Shown in pieces: positions 1 through 13,814 of a DNA stretch of 64,000 bases (position 1 is its first letter; each line of letters begins with the position of its first letter). Source of the stretch: Octopus sinensis (taxonomy: Eukaryota); assembly GCF_006345805.1 (NCBI RefSeq), contig NW_021832841.1, positions 34,624 through 98,623 on the forward strand, read 5' to 3'. The notes beneath the pieces were generated by a model, which was given only the letters and a program-made list of their open reading frames with translations, was not told the origin of the DNA and made no database searches. Made by a program: the position numbers and the translations under genes.

Positions 1-76
1 ATATACATATATGTATATATAGATATATATATATATATATAGATATATATATATATATAATATATATATATATATC

Positions 77-153
<77 letters not shown>

Positions 154-190
154 TTATATAGATATATATATATGTATGTATATATATACT
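1..190. repeat. (TA)n-rich microsatellite
   Basis: Near-pure TA dinucleotide run with occasional G/C interruptions. Confidence 0.97.
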
Positions 191-785
191 CTTTTCTTCT
201 GCCCCATTGATCAATAGTAATTTTTCTGAGCGTTTTGTTTTTATTCAATCGGCATAAATAAATTCCAATTGTTTTATGCCACAAGATATTTCCATGTCTC
301 TTTGTCTCATTTTATTTTGTCTTGCTTCATTCTTTTTTTTATTTTATTTTTTTATTTTTTTAGCCTTCTTCATATTCTTTTCCTCATATCTCTTTTACAC
401 GTCTTTGTACTAAACAGTTTTTATATGTTCTGGACATATGCTCAGCACTTCGTGAACCTTCATATGGTCACTGCACAACTTCGATTTCTTTTCTGGTGTG
501 ACTTTTGTAGAACAATTTATTCTTTTCGGTTGCTTGGACCTCTCTGAGAAAGACCGATCTATTCCACTGTGTACAAAACCATACATTTTCTTCCTTGGCC
601 AGCCATAGCACTTTTTGTTTTCTATTGTTTATTTCTCACAAGACTGCTTACCTTTGAGATAAATCATACTTTCTTCCCCTTTTCTATATCCTATTCACTT
701 CTCTGTATATCTTGTCTCTGAAATGAATATTAATTCTTAACATCTTTCCGTTACACCGTTCACTAATTTCTTTTGTCTATGTATC

Positions 786-1150
<365 letters not shown>

Positions 1151-1936
1151 ACATCATCGTCACTGTTGCAATGATGATTTTTTTATATACTGGGTCATTT
1201 AATACATTTCCCATTTCAAAGAAACATAAATAAAAATTAGTGATAACAACTATAATAGTTTTCTTACCAATGCTATTATTAGTACTCTGCTATTTCTCTC
1301 CAGCTACTACCACTACAAGTTGTACTGATACTACTTCAAATAATAATAAACCAACAAACAGAAACTCAAAAATAAATTAGCTTTATCGAGTGCAATGCTT
1401 CCAAATACAGTTCTCTTCTGTACGTGTCTTACATTTATATTTAAGACACAGATAAAGGCTAAAAATAAAACAATGGGAATCAACGCTCCGGTTGTTCTAG
1501 TTTTTTTTATAGCTAGAGTGCATCTAAGTATGAATTAGGAGGAAAGTAACTCAGAATAAGAATTTAGCTGAATTTGCAACCAGGTTTCGAATCCTAATTC
1601 AAGCCTTTTATCTTTTCACTTAGACCTAACGCAAGGAAGTGATTTATCCATTATCACCAATGATTTGTTTTGATTAGCAGAAGTATTAAAAATGGTACAG
1701 GTGGGAGCGAGAATATCACCTGCTTGACTCACAGAAGTGAAAGCTATCTTAACGACGATAATCACCCCCACTAAAAGAGCAGCAGACCCTAAAACCCTCT
1801 TCCCCGTAATCTACCCTCCAACAGCTCACAAAGCCTTAACTGAAACAATATCGCAAAAAATAATATCGTGAAGATTCTTGTTTCCTGATGAGGAGAAGAA
1901 ATGCTGAAACAGCGGCATTGATTGACTACAGAGAGA

Positions 1937-2319
1937 GGAAGCACTCCGTCGGTTACGACGACGAGGGTTCCGGTTGATCCGATCAACGGAACAGCCTGCT
2001 CGTGAAATTAACGTGTAAGTGGCTGAGCACTCCACAGACACGTGTACCCTTAACGTAGTTCTCGGGGATATTCAGCGTGACACAGAGGGTGACAAGGCCG
2101 GCCCTTTGAAATACAGGTACAACAGAAACAGGAAGTAAGAGTGAGAGAAAGTTGTGGTGAAAGAGTACAGCAGGGATCACCACCATCCCCTTCCGGAGCC
2201 TCGTGGAGCTTTAGGTGTTTTCGCTCAATAAACACTCACAACGCCCGGTCTGTGAATCGAAACCGCGATCCTATGACCGCGAGTCCGCTGCCCTAACCAC
2301 TGGGCCATTGCACCTCCAC
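1937..2319 (-). mobile_element. tRNA-headed SINE, family A (full length)
   Basis: Minus-strand head GTGGAGGTGCAATGGCCCAGTGGTTAGGGC with A-box and B-box-like GGTTTCGATT; near-identical copies at 21858, 24905, 35141 and 58838. Confidence 0.92.
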
Positions 2320-2384
2320 TACCAGCATATAAGGTATACAAGCGCAAACGTAACTGTGTAGCAAAGGAGTGCATTGTGATGTTA

Positions 2385-3114
2385 AGCTTCAAAATAAGAG
2401 AACAGATAGAAAATGAGAGCTACAAGATCTTGTGGGACTTCACCATAAAGGCTGACCATTCTATTGAGGCAAGAAGACTGAACATGACTTTAGAGTGCAA
2501 AATAAGCAAACAGCGGCTGCGGGGTCATTCCGAAAAGTTGCGACGATTTCATCTCAATCGAAGGAGAGGAGCTTTCTCCGTCCGGGTTGCGGATCCGTGG
2601 AACAAGCTGCCGGACGAGATGGTGAAGATGCCGACGACCGCTTTGTTCAAAGCCTCCCTTGACCTCAAGTGGCCTGAACTCTTTACATGAACACCACCCT
2701 GTACTTAACTCCATGTCCCCCTACATGGCTTTGCTATTTACTTTTGAGCCAAATTAACTAACTAACTAACTAACTAAGTGCAAGATCATAGATTTAGCAA
2801 TTCTCAATGGAAGTAGAATCGATACCAAAGAAATTGAACAAAATGAGAAGTATCAGGATCTAGTCAGAGAGCTGAGGAGACTGTTGAAGACAGAGAAAAC
2901 AATCATCCCTGTAGTAGTAGTAGGTGCACTTGGTACAACTGCCAAAATGCTGTCAAAAAGACAGCAAGAGATTGGAATTGAAATTCGCATTGTCGACCTG
3001 CAGAAAAGTACCATTCTATATGCCGCAAGCATCGTTAAAAAGACCCTTCAGATTTGAGGAGACTCGTCATCAAACATCAAGATAATTACCTGCTAACTAC
3101 ATTAGCATGCACTA

Positions 3115-3115
<1 letters not shown>
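2385..3115 (+). mobile_element. R4/Dong-clade non-LTR retrotransposon 3' fragment (restriction-like endonuclease domain), interrupted by a LINE insertion
   Basis: Translates ENESYKILWDFTIKADHSIEARR...CKIIDLAI...EKYQDLVRELRRL...IIPVVVVGALG...KKTLQI* (stop about 3057); 3' end runs into (AAT)n. Confidence 0.82.
2501..2776 (+). mobile_element. 5'-truncated CR1/L2-like LINE 3' end with (ACTA)n tail
   Basis: Encodes RGHSEKL...RRGAFSVRVADPWNKLPDEMV...FKASLD; flanked by 7-bp TSD AGTGCAA (2494-2500 and 2777-2783). Confidence 0.82.
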
Positions 3116-3437
<322 letters not shown>

Positions 3438-4385
3438 TGGGGGAAAATTTTGCTCCTGATGCGAATCAAGCCAAGGAATTCTGGAGCGGATTATAGGAAA
3501 ACAATATGGTGCATAACAGGGATGCAATATGGATAGGAACTGTCAAGACAGAATTACACGGAGGAAAGAAACAAAGAAACATTGTCATAAGCACGGGTGA
3601 TGTGAAAGAACGAGTGGGTAAAGTGCTCAACTGGAAACCCTCCGCACTAGATGGGATTCATGGCTTCTGGCTGAAGAGATGCTACGCGGTGCATGAAGGA
3701 TTAGCAGCCCTATTGAATGAGTGTGTCCAGAAGAGTACACTCCCCGTGCGAATGGCAACTGGGAGGGCAACACTTGTAATGAAAGATAGAAGAAAGGAGA
3801 ATATTGTGGGAAACTACCATCCCATAGCATGCCTAAACATAATCTGGAAGATATTCACTGGAATATGTGCGGCAAAGTTATGCACTTTCCTGGCACAGGA
3901 AGAAATACTACAAAGGGAACAAAAGAGATTGAAAAATCACCAAGTACTCCGAATTGAAAGTGGAAATGGCAAGACTGTATGGAATGCGAAAGGGTGATGT
4001 AAAAGTGATACCAGTGGTGATCGGGGCGTTGGGCCCAATCCCATTGAAACTTCAAAACTTCTTAAGGCAACTGGAAATTCCATGCAAGATTGATGTCTTA
4101 TTGGACATAGTGCAGATCTTAAGGAAAGTATTATCTGTCTGAGGTCCTTGTTGTAACTTGGCAGATAACTAAAGAATCTTGTGCATTTTTGTGATCGGGG
4201 CGTTGGGCCCAATCCCATTGAAACTTCAAAACTTCTTAAGGCAACTGGAAATTCCATGCAAGATTGATGTCTTATTGGACATAGTGCAGATCTTAAGGAA
4301 AGTATTATCTGTCTGAGGTCCTTGTTGTAACTTGGCAGATAACTAAAGAATCTTGTGCATTTTTACCTACACTGTGTTACGTAGG
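3438..4385 (+). mobile_element. R4/Dong-clade element, internally deleted (N-terminal RT fused to endonuclease C-terminus)
   Basis: ORF 3506-3997 has NWKPSALDGIHGFWLK and GNYHPIACLNIIWKIFTG (RT domains 0-2); at about 3925 it jumps to KYSELKVEMARL...VKVIPVVIGALG; (AAT)n on both sides. Confidence 0.82.
4017..4364 (+). repeat. Perfect 174-bp tandem duplication
   Basis: 4017-4190 and 4191-4364 read identically (GTGATCGGGG...GTGCATTTTT). Confidence 0.95.
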
Positions 4386-4408
4386 AATAATAATAATAAT
4401 AATAAAAC

Positions 4409-4498
<90 letters not shown>

Positions 4499-4502
4499 TA
4501 TG

Positions 4503-4557
<55 letters not shown>
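4386..4557. repeat. (AAT)n microsatellite
   Basis: Direct reading. Confidence 0.97.
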
Positions 4558-4559
<2 letters not shown>

Positions 4560-5026
4560 TTGATGTGATATTACTGTTCCAATCGATATAAACTTATCTG
4601 TCAAGACCTGCCAAAAACTGAGCAAATATAAAGATCTTGAAATAGAAATCAGCAAAATGTGGAGCCTGAAGACTAAAACAATACCTGTTGTCATAGGTGC
4701 CCTGGGAATGATAGCAAAAGGGGCTGATCGCTACCTAACTCAGATACCAGGAAACCTCAAAATGGCAGAAATTCAAAAGATAGTGTTCATGGGAACTGCT
4801 CATATCCTACGCAAAATACTTGCAATGTAATCTCAAGTTTTAAAACAAACATAATTTTCGAGTTTTTTTTGTTTTTTTAAAACATTCACTAGTACAACAC
4901 TAAATACAAAACCCAATATATGGCACACTAGGCATAACAACAACACGAACTTCCAACCTGTTGTCTCTTGAGGTCTCTGGGTGAGACTTGGAGCCAACTT
5001 GTACAAATATAAAGCAAAAGTCAAAC

Positions 5027-5029
<3 letters not shown>
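4558..5029 (+). mobile_element. R4/Dong-clade 5'-truncated fragment (third family)
   Basis: Encodes KLSKYKDLEIEISKMWSLKTKTIPVVIGALGMI...LRKILAM* plus a 3' UTR; (AAT)n on both sides. Confidence 0.82.
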
Positions 5030-5092
<63 letters not shown>

Positions 5093-5102
5093 CAACAATA
5101 AT
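5029..5102. repeat. (AAT)n microsatellite
   Basis: Direct reading. Confidence 0.96.
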
Positions 5103-5534
5103 ATTTTCGATATTATTGTCACATGGACGACGGCTGAAGGTATATTACAGAGATATTTAGCAAAAAGTGTGTTGGTTTACATAGAGAGTGAGAAAACAAG
5201 CAAGATAAGCAAGAAAAGGAAATGACACGATTTCGCATGGGAGGACAAGCACGAGGTCAATGAACTCCAGAAATTCCGAAATACTCTTATTTCCATGGGA
5301 AAGTGTCCTCTCCTGGTTGTATTCTCCGACCTACCGACGCTTGTTGACAATAGACCCATTTACTCATATTCGGTACTTTCACCCACTTTTCAGCAAAATA
5401 ACTTGAAACAGAAACTCCCACTTAAAACGTACCCAGGCCGTTCTAATAATACTACTGCTTCGATGCCATACATATATGTACAGAAGCTCTCATAGTCTCG
5501 CGGCTTCAATGGGGCACAACAATATTGGCACAAA

Positions 5535-5771
5535 TAATAAGGCGGCGAGCTGGCAGTATCGTTAGCACGCCGAGTGAAATGCTTAGCGGTATTTCATCTG
5601 TCGTTACGTTCTGAGTTCAAATTCCGCCGAGGTCGACTTTGCCTTTCATCCTTTCGGGGTCGATAAATTAAGTACCAGTTACGCACTGGGGTCGATGTAA
5701 TCGACTTAATACCTTTGTCTGTCCTTGTTTGTCCCGTCTGTGTTTAGCCCCTTGTGGGTAGTAAAGAAATA
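5535..5771 (+). mobile_element. tRNA-headed SINE, family C
   Basis: Head GGCGGCGAGCTGGCAG, B-box GAGTTCAAATTCC, tail GCCCCTTGTGGGTAGTAAAGAAAT; 14-bp TSD AATATTGGCACAAA (5521-5534 and 5772-5785). Confidence 0.92.
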
Positions 5772-6281
5772 AATATTGGCACAAACAAATATTCATGCAC
5801 ATTTTGTTTATAGAAACAAGTACATTTCTATTTAGAAACAAGTGTAATGTGCATGCATCGAATATTTGGTAACCTATATACATTATATAAATGTATATGC
5901 ACAAATATACGTATGTATGTATGTGTGTGTGTGTGTGTCTATGAATGCGTGTATAAATACACACACATAGACAAAAATATTGAAACGTGTCTTTATGTTA
6001 CAATGAAAAGACTCAAGCAAGCGATATAAAGTAAAATAGATTTTAATTTACAACTTTCTACACAGCATAAATGTTATGCTATCTGACGTTTTATTCATTC
6101 CCTGTACATTGTTTAATTTACCGATAATTCATTATTTATTAGCCGTCCATTCTCTATTTCTATAATTTCTATTTATCTTCCATTTTGCTGCTGTAAGCAT
6201 GAAAATTAAATTTCCATTCTGTTTCGAAACATGTGTGTCTCACATTAATTCTTTTTTTCTCCTTTTGCCTCTCTCCCAATT

Positions 6282-6625
<344 letters not shown>

Positions 6626-7409
6626 GACCGTGTTTCTCTCACCTGTCTCATATCATTCTCTATAAATACTATGTTTCTGTACAATTCTGGTATACTTTTC
6701 TCTCTCTACCTTTTCTTACTCAGTGTTTCTATTTGTATCTCATTCGGAGGTAAATATAAACTAAATGAAATCCTTTGTCATTCATACCAGGCTAATATCT
6801 CTTTCTCCGGTCTCATCCGCAAGAGCAAATTATTTGGTACAGTTACTAACTCTTATTCATTTCTTCGAAGATAGGGCTTTATTCTGTGGTTATTCTGAGC
6901 TTCGTGCTTTCAGGTTTGGATAACTAGTTGTGCTTAAGTATATATTCGTATGTTGTATAAGCCCGTTTCCTATTTTACATACGAATATCCGTAAATTTAT
7001 CCAAGGGAACCACGCTGATTTATCGAAATGGAATTATAAACTGAATTAAATTGAGCAATTCAGACATTCCGTTCCGACAACAGCAGAAGCTGAAACTGTT
7101 AATCTAAAAACATAGTTTTCAGCATTATATTTGTAAAGTTATTGTGGTGATGATTTGAATGGATACGGTTGGGTCTCATGGTGAAACTACATCGAATACA
7201 AACGTGTATACGTTGTTAGATTAAAGTGTATAGATGCATGAGTATTTGTGTTAGTAAAAACTTGACTTCGAAGTCATACAAAGTTCAGAGATTCTATCTT
7301 ACTGCACTGTACCTTGTTCTTTCGACTATTTGCTTAGAATGAGTAATAATATGAGAATCGAATTTATGAATGACACCTATGCAGAAGTTAGTTGCAGGGT
7401 GGCTGATGT

Positions 7410-7780
<371 letters not shown>

Positions 7781-8008
7781 GTAAAAGATAAAATATAATA
7801 TCGTCATATATGTGTGCATAAGAATATCTTTCATCTATGTATAGCGACAAAGAACAGGGTCGATCTTTCGGTGAACCGAGATATAAAAAGATCCCGGAGC
7901 CCAAACTGAGAAAAACAAAACGGTTGTTCAATAGAGGACACTGTAATTTGTTAATATACTTATAACGATTTTTTTTCTTTTCGGATCTGACTCATTGAAT
8001 GCATAAAC

Positions 8009-10275
8009 CAGTGGTTCTCAAACTGGGGTCCCCGCTCCCCTAGGGGACTGTGAAGGGACGCTGAAGTATCGTGAAAACGGGTGGCTTCAGACAGTTAAGT
8101 TTTAAAATTTCAAGACTTTCAAACTTTTGCATGCTTTCAACTTCTTTTGTCGTTGACCTCAAAAACCCACGCCACTCCTACACACTCATTTGCTAATCAC
8201 ACTTGTTCAAGTGCGACTGGCCGATGGAAAATATGCAGGTGTAATGGTTGATCGTGCATGTGCTGTCGGTATTCTACGCCCACATGATACACCACTCCAC
8301 TATTACAATCCACACGTTTGCATGCCTCTCGTTGTTGTTATCCTCAACGGTACATGTTCCCGCATGACCTGGCCCTTTGCCAGACAACCATTCTCATCCT
8401 GCATGGTGGTTGGTCTTTGTAAGGCATGGTTGTTTTTCATGGCAACGTGTTCCGAGAGAAATGTCTTCTCAACGGTTATCAATTCACAGAGTTTTATCAC
8501 AGAGGTGAAACAACGCTCACTTGCACTTTGGATTTCTTCCACAATTTAGAGTGAGGGGTAAAATTTATTGTTAATTAATACATCCAAAAGAGCTACACTA
8601 AGGCAAATATGCACACCGTAGTATACGATAAATTCGAAATAAATATACAATGTAGTTATATTAAATTGGTTTACTGAATTTTATCTCTTTTTATAAAAAG
8701 GACAATGAGATATGACGAATCTTATTTGAAATTTGGTTTTACTGTGATAAAGTCTGGCGGATAAGGGAACCACAGAGTGTTTTGTGCTCCGACGTTTAGG
8801 CATCTACTTAAGTCCAGCAAGTTAAAGAGGCATCCCAGTTCAATAAATAGAGATGTCAACTTCTTCAGATGCGAAACCGACAGATTGACGAAATCCAGAA
8901 TTCATGACACGGGAATGTTTTTGCTGGACATTACTGCTGGCTGGTTTGAAAGCATCCTACGAGATTTCAGGGAAAATAGCTGTTACCAAAAAGCCCCACA
9001 ATATCGGTGAAGAATTGATATTGCCTTGCTACAAAGATATTATATCAAATGTGCTAGGAAATTCTGAACTTCAGAAGCTCAAGCATGTCTCTCTCTCAAA
9101 CAGTACTGTTAGCATCCAAATAACTGAGTTGTCTGATAACATTCTGTCGCAGGTGATCTCTAAGACACACAATTCACTTTTGAAATTTTTCGCAGTCCTG
9201 CTTGATGAAACGACGGATGTTTCCAACTCAGTTCAACTTTGCGTCTGTGTACGTAAGAATCACCCGGAGGACGAATTCCTGCTTTGTGAAACCCTCAGCA
9301 CCAAAACAACCGCAAGGGAAATATTTAACAAAGTGAACAAATTTTTTGAGGCACATGATATCAACTGGGAGCGGACATTGGTGTGTGCACCGACGGCGCT
9401 CCGGAGATGATGCCATGTTCAACCAACTACGAGTGTGAGACCGCGTTTTCCACTCTCTTTGCTGTCAAAACGAAGTCATGAAATCGACACCAGAAATGAG
9501 GGTTGCCGAACATAGAAGAGCTGGTTACTTCGCTGCAAATAAAATGATAAATGGTCTGCTTTTGTAAATAAATAATTTCTTATATAACTTTTGTTGTTAA
9601 CATGATATGCATCAAGTATTGAGGAAAAGGAAAGGCAAACTTTCAGTGGAGGAAGAGAAGACAGTGTTTCAATTAAAATTGTGCATACCAGTGGTCCAAT
9701 TGACATTAGCTTCTGTACATTTTGGGTTGCTACTAAAATTCTTCTGCTGAAAATAGGTAAATTGGTTGAAGTGCACCTCTTGGATAATCAATAAGAGGAA
9801 TTACCTGACAATAGGGAAGAATAGAATCCCAAACATGGTGAAAGAGAAAGGTGTTGACAAAAGTTCGAGAGCCATGTTGTGTACGTATATATACCGTAGT
9901 TTTCGGTGTATGACGCGCGGTTTATATCTGCTAAATGGGCAAAAATGGGTCTTGCACAGTTGTTAATACAGGCTGCTGGGGATATTTTCGGACTGTTTTA
10001 GTCTCTAATTTGTTTTATAACCAATTGATTAACTGATGCCCCATATTTTCGTGCGTATCTATTGTATCCTAATGGAGTATTGCGAGAATAAAGTTGTAGT
10101 TTTCGGGGTTGCGGGTCTATGGGCTGTGCAGTTCATAGTGGAAATTACGGTAAACGAATGTATGTCATTTTTTTCTAAGTTAATTATACTGCATTTTATA
10201 GGGGACCGCGAATCATCGAAAAAACTGTAAGGGGACCGGCATGTAAAATTGTTTTAAAAAGTTTGAGAACCACTG
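8009..10275 (+). mobile_element. hAT DNA transposon (Buster/Charlie type), internally deleted
   Basis: 16-bp TIRs CAGTGGTTCTCAAACT; 8-bp TSD GCATAAAC/GCATAGAC with central TA; transposase remnant inside. Confidence 0.88.
8660..9500 (+). pseudogene. Disrupted hAT (ZBED5/Buster-like) transposase
   Basis: KKPHNIGEELILP...SLSNSTVS...FAVLLDETTDVSNSVQL...EDEFLLCETL, then a jump to the dimerisation-region YECETAFSTL. Confidence 0.82.
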
Positions 10276-10964
10276 GCATAGACTTTCATTATTCTCCGAT
10301 TTTCGTAATGTAATTTCAAAAGAAATTCTCTTGCGTTTATACTGACAAGTTTTCATATCTACATCGCAATAATAAAATTCCAGTTATAACCCTTTAACCA
10401 ATTTTAGACTGGCATACATCGTCAGCCACATAGCTGATGTAGTAATAGAAAAAGCTATAAGGAACATAACTGCTTTTAAAAGATAAAACATCTCATACAC
10501 ACACACAACACACACACGCGCGCGCGCGCACGCACAAACCTTTGGTTTCAATCGACGACAATTGATATCCACAATAAACTTTTGACAGGAATGCGGAACG
10601 GATGAAGCATATGAAAACATGTGACACCTAGATTTGAAGACAACACACCAACATCTACAATATTCGAAACTGAGAAACGAATTGAAAGAAAGAGAAAATA
10701 ATACATTATTAAGATCAACGGATGAGCTACTAGAAGAACCATAACTGAGATGTAAACTTGAATTTATATTTTGCAATTTTGGAATATCCTTTACATCAGT
10801 TACAAATAATTGCGAAGAATTAGAAAAATAAGTTAAGCCTTTCGTCTGTTGTACGATATTGCTAAATTGTCCGCAGAAGCAAGTGTTAAGATACTCGAAC
10901 GTGGTCTATATCCGTCCTACACGTGTCAACATCCCTTCGACAAAGCCCCGCAGGTCAGCTTGTT

Positions 10965-11105
10965 CTTTCTTGAGCCATGCTTGGCTCATAAGGGCCGGTT
11001 TCCCCAGTTTCCTTGACGTATAGGTTCCTCACCTGGACGCCGGTCCGTCGCAGGTGAGCTGCAAAGATGCAGGAGGAAAAAGTGAGAGAAAGTTGTGGCG
11101 AAAGT
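10965..11105 (-). mobile_element. SINE fragment, family D
   Basis: Shares CACAACTTTCTCTCACT with family A and a CGA(T/C)GGACC...TCCAGGTG motif with the SINE at 27125. Confidence 0.55.
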
Positions 11106-11143
11106 TTCGTCCGGCGTGTTAACGATTCAACCAGCTCGCCAAC

Positions 11144-11145
<2 letters not shown>

Positions 11146-11220
<75 letters not shown>
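11146..11220. repeat. (AAT)n microsatellite
   Basis: Direct reading. Confidence 0.97.
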
Positions 11221-11221
<1 letters not shown>

Positions 11222-11774
11222 CCCAGATGCAGTACCAGGCAGTGGCTCTCATGGCTTCTGATCTTAACTGATTGGAAGTGTTATCATGTACATTGTTTTG
11301 TCTTGGTATAAAAGATGGGCTACAGCAAATATTCTGCTCAATACCACAGATTTGCTTGTCAGTTGTTTGACCTTAACCAGTTGAGCATGTCCCTTAGTGG
11401 CTGACGATATGTGCATCTCAGATCACGAGCAGAAGTAGTGGGGGAGCATCATAGCCATGTGTTGAGAAGGATTCTTTGGGGTTTGAATAATTCACCTCTG
11501 GAAACATGGGTGTTTCGTTCAACGTCCTTAAACAACCCTTATTCAGGGACCTTTTGAGCAGGATGGGTTACTCGACCTGAATAAAATTCTAACTGGGCTC
11601 CACCTGCAAGGTCATGTGCTGTTTATCTTGATATGAGATCACCATGTCGCGTACATATGGTTGTGATGCATGTACCTAGTGTACCCTTATCAGACGGGTA
11701 GTCACGATGGGTATACTGGGCTTCGTATATTTTACCCCAGTGTCACTTTGATGGCATGCACAGCTCTCTCACTC
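11221..11774 (+). mobile_element. Putative non-autonomous element inserted in (AAT)n
   Basis: About 555 bp of comparatively GC-rich non-coding sequence bounded sharply by (AAT)n on both sides; only one copy in the window. Confidence 0.5.
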
Positions 11775-11805
<31 letters not shown>

Positions 11806-12062
11806 TAGTAGTAGTAGTCTGCTTAGATAATCTTAAGTGTAATAGCAAACGCAAAATCAAGACAGACTACTGCAGGTACCCAAAACAGAGCTTTCAGTTG
11901 TGCAGCAAAATCATGCAATAGAAATATAAGACTACTGAAAAATAATAAAAATAGTAATAATTATCATAATTTTCGACAATCTTCTAATTCTAAAAGTACT
12001 TCTAAAATACCATTACTGCTCAGACTTCCCATCCATCACTTGCTCTTTGCTTTTCAAGTAAT

Positions 12063-12467
12063 AGGCGCAGGAGTGGCTGTGTGGTAAGTAGCTTGCTAAC
12101 CAACCACATGATTCCGGGTTCAGTCCCACTGCGTGGCATCTTGGGCACTTGTCTTCTGCTATAGCCCCGGGCCGATCAATGCCTTGTGAGTGGATTTGGT
12201 AGACGGAAACTGAAAGAAGCCTGTCGTATATATATATATATGTATATATATGTCTGTGTATATGTGTTTGTGTGTCTGTGTTTGTCCCCCTAGCATTGCT
12301 TGACAACCGATGCTGGTGTGTTTACCTCCCCGTCACTTAGCGGTTCGGCAAAAGAGACCGATACAATAAGTACTGGGCTTACAAAGAATAAGTCCCGGGG
12401 TCGATTTGATCGACTAAAGGCGGTGCTCCAGCATGGCCGCAGTCAAATGAATGAAACAAGTAAAAGA

Positions 12468-12476
<9 letters not shown>
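12063..12476 (+). mobile_element. tRNA-headed SINE, family B (full length, internal TA/TG microsatellite)
   Basis: Head GGCGCAGGAGTGGCTGTGTGG, B-box GGTTCAGTCCC, tail CAGTCAAATGA.TGAAACAAGTAAAAGAG; several copies in the window. Confidence 0.92.
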
Positions 12477-12498
<22 letters not shown>

Positions 12499-12649
12499 TA
12501 ATCTTCCTCTAGAAACTGTAGACACCGCCCACGTCTCCGGTACGCTCTTCCAATTCATATGTCCCCACCAATTTCACTATGCTAACATCTTCACATCCCC
12601 ACCTCTTACAGTTGAGAGATCTTCTTCACAAGCTATAAATTATCTCTCT

Positions 12650-12686
<37 letters not shown>

Positions 12687-13814
12687 GGATCAGCAAACAA
12701 ATAAATTCATTATCTCAACTTTGACCTCTAGCTCGTTAAAATTGTAAGGATTCCTTAATACAGCTCCCTTCCACAATCATGTAAGACGACCATCATAGAG
12801 GAATGAAGTTAACTCACTTAAGTCTGCCCTTCAATGATTCAGCTAAAATTCACCATTCCCCGAAACAACCCAGTTCAATCGTATCAAAGTTCATTTTTCT
12901 TTTAACTTATTTATTTACCTATTTATTTATTTACTATCGCAAAATTATTGTTATTTATTTATTTCTCATTATGAATATTCAAATCTTTTCTCTTAATGTC
13001 CTTTGTTTGGACTCGGCAAGCAATGCGATGAATTAATTTAAATATAATTTCATGTTTGTATCGCTCAAACATAATAATATCGATAAATGTTCAATCATAG
13101 ACAGAAGCAATTTGCGTTTTCATTTCTTCGTTTACCGTTTGATTGTTCTCTTCTTTTCTTTTCTACTTTTCTACAACATTCATTTCTTCAATCCTTACTT
13201 CTTTTCTTTTCTTTTTCATCCATTCTTTTCTTCTCTATATATAATTTTTTTTCCTTTCCGAAGCATTAAGCCAGTAATAGATTCAAGTTGTCAGTCGGAC
13301 GTTCTCAAACATTAGGTGTCGTGAATATAAAATCAACTTATCACTCTCGATAAATCACTGTTTATTGTACTTTATTGTAATTTATTTACTTGTTTGTTTG
13401 TTTTATTTTGATGTTTTTTGTTTTTCAATTTACAGAGAATGTTGTCAATTCAATTTGCATTTGGAACTATCCATTTGGCTTTCAGAGGGGAGAGAGAGTT
13501 CTAAACTAACATTTCGGTTTATCCACCCGACAGACATGTGGAAATTGCAATTGGTGGGAAGATGGGAGAATTATTCAGTTATAATTTGAGGTGCAGGGGC
13601 TGTAATTGGCGGAAACAGTTATATGCCAAATAGAATGATAGCTTTTTGTTGTTCTCATTTCTGAGTAATACACTAATCCGACCGAGGTCTACTTCATCCT
13701 TCAACCTTTTAAACGTCAATAAAATAAGTACCAATGATGCATTGTTTCAATCAAAATAACCAAGTTTTGGCCTTATGCCAACGGATTTCAAAAGAAAATA
13801 TTTAGAGTCTGTAA

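Noticed and set aside
1880-1920. CTGATGA...GAAAC hammerhead-like spacing
   Set aside because: Stem II does not pair convincingly, the triplet is GCA and there is no stem I
1983-2235. Recurrent ORFs MVVIPAVLFHH.., MFIERKHLK.., MTTDAGVF.., MRNWY..
   Set aside because: They recur only because they lie inside SINE copies; no evidence of protein function
4017-4364. Repeats as a CRISPR array or prokaryotic system
   Set aside because: No repeat-spacer structure or cas genes; the sequence is clearly eukaryotic repetitive DNA
8230-8400. HUH-like HLHI motif or integrase-like similarity inside the hAT
   Set aside because: By-eye similarity only, with frames interrupted; cannot be supported without an HMM search
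11398-11440. CTGACGA in the TAA-flanked element
   Set aside because: No GAAA following a closed stem II
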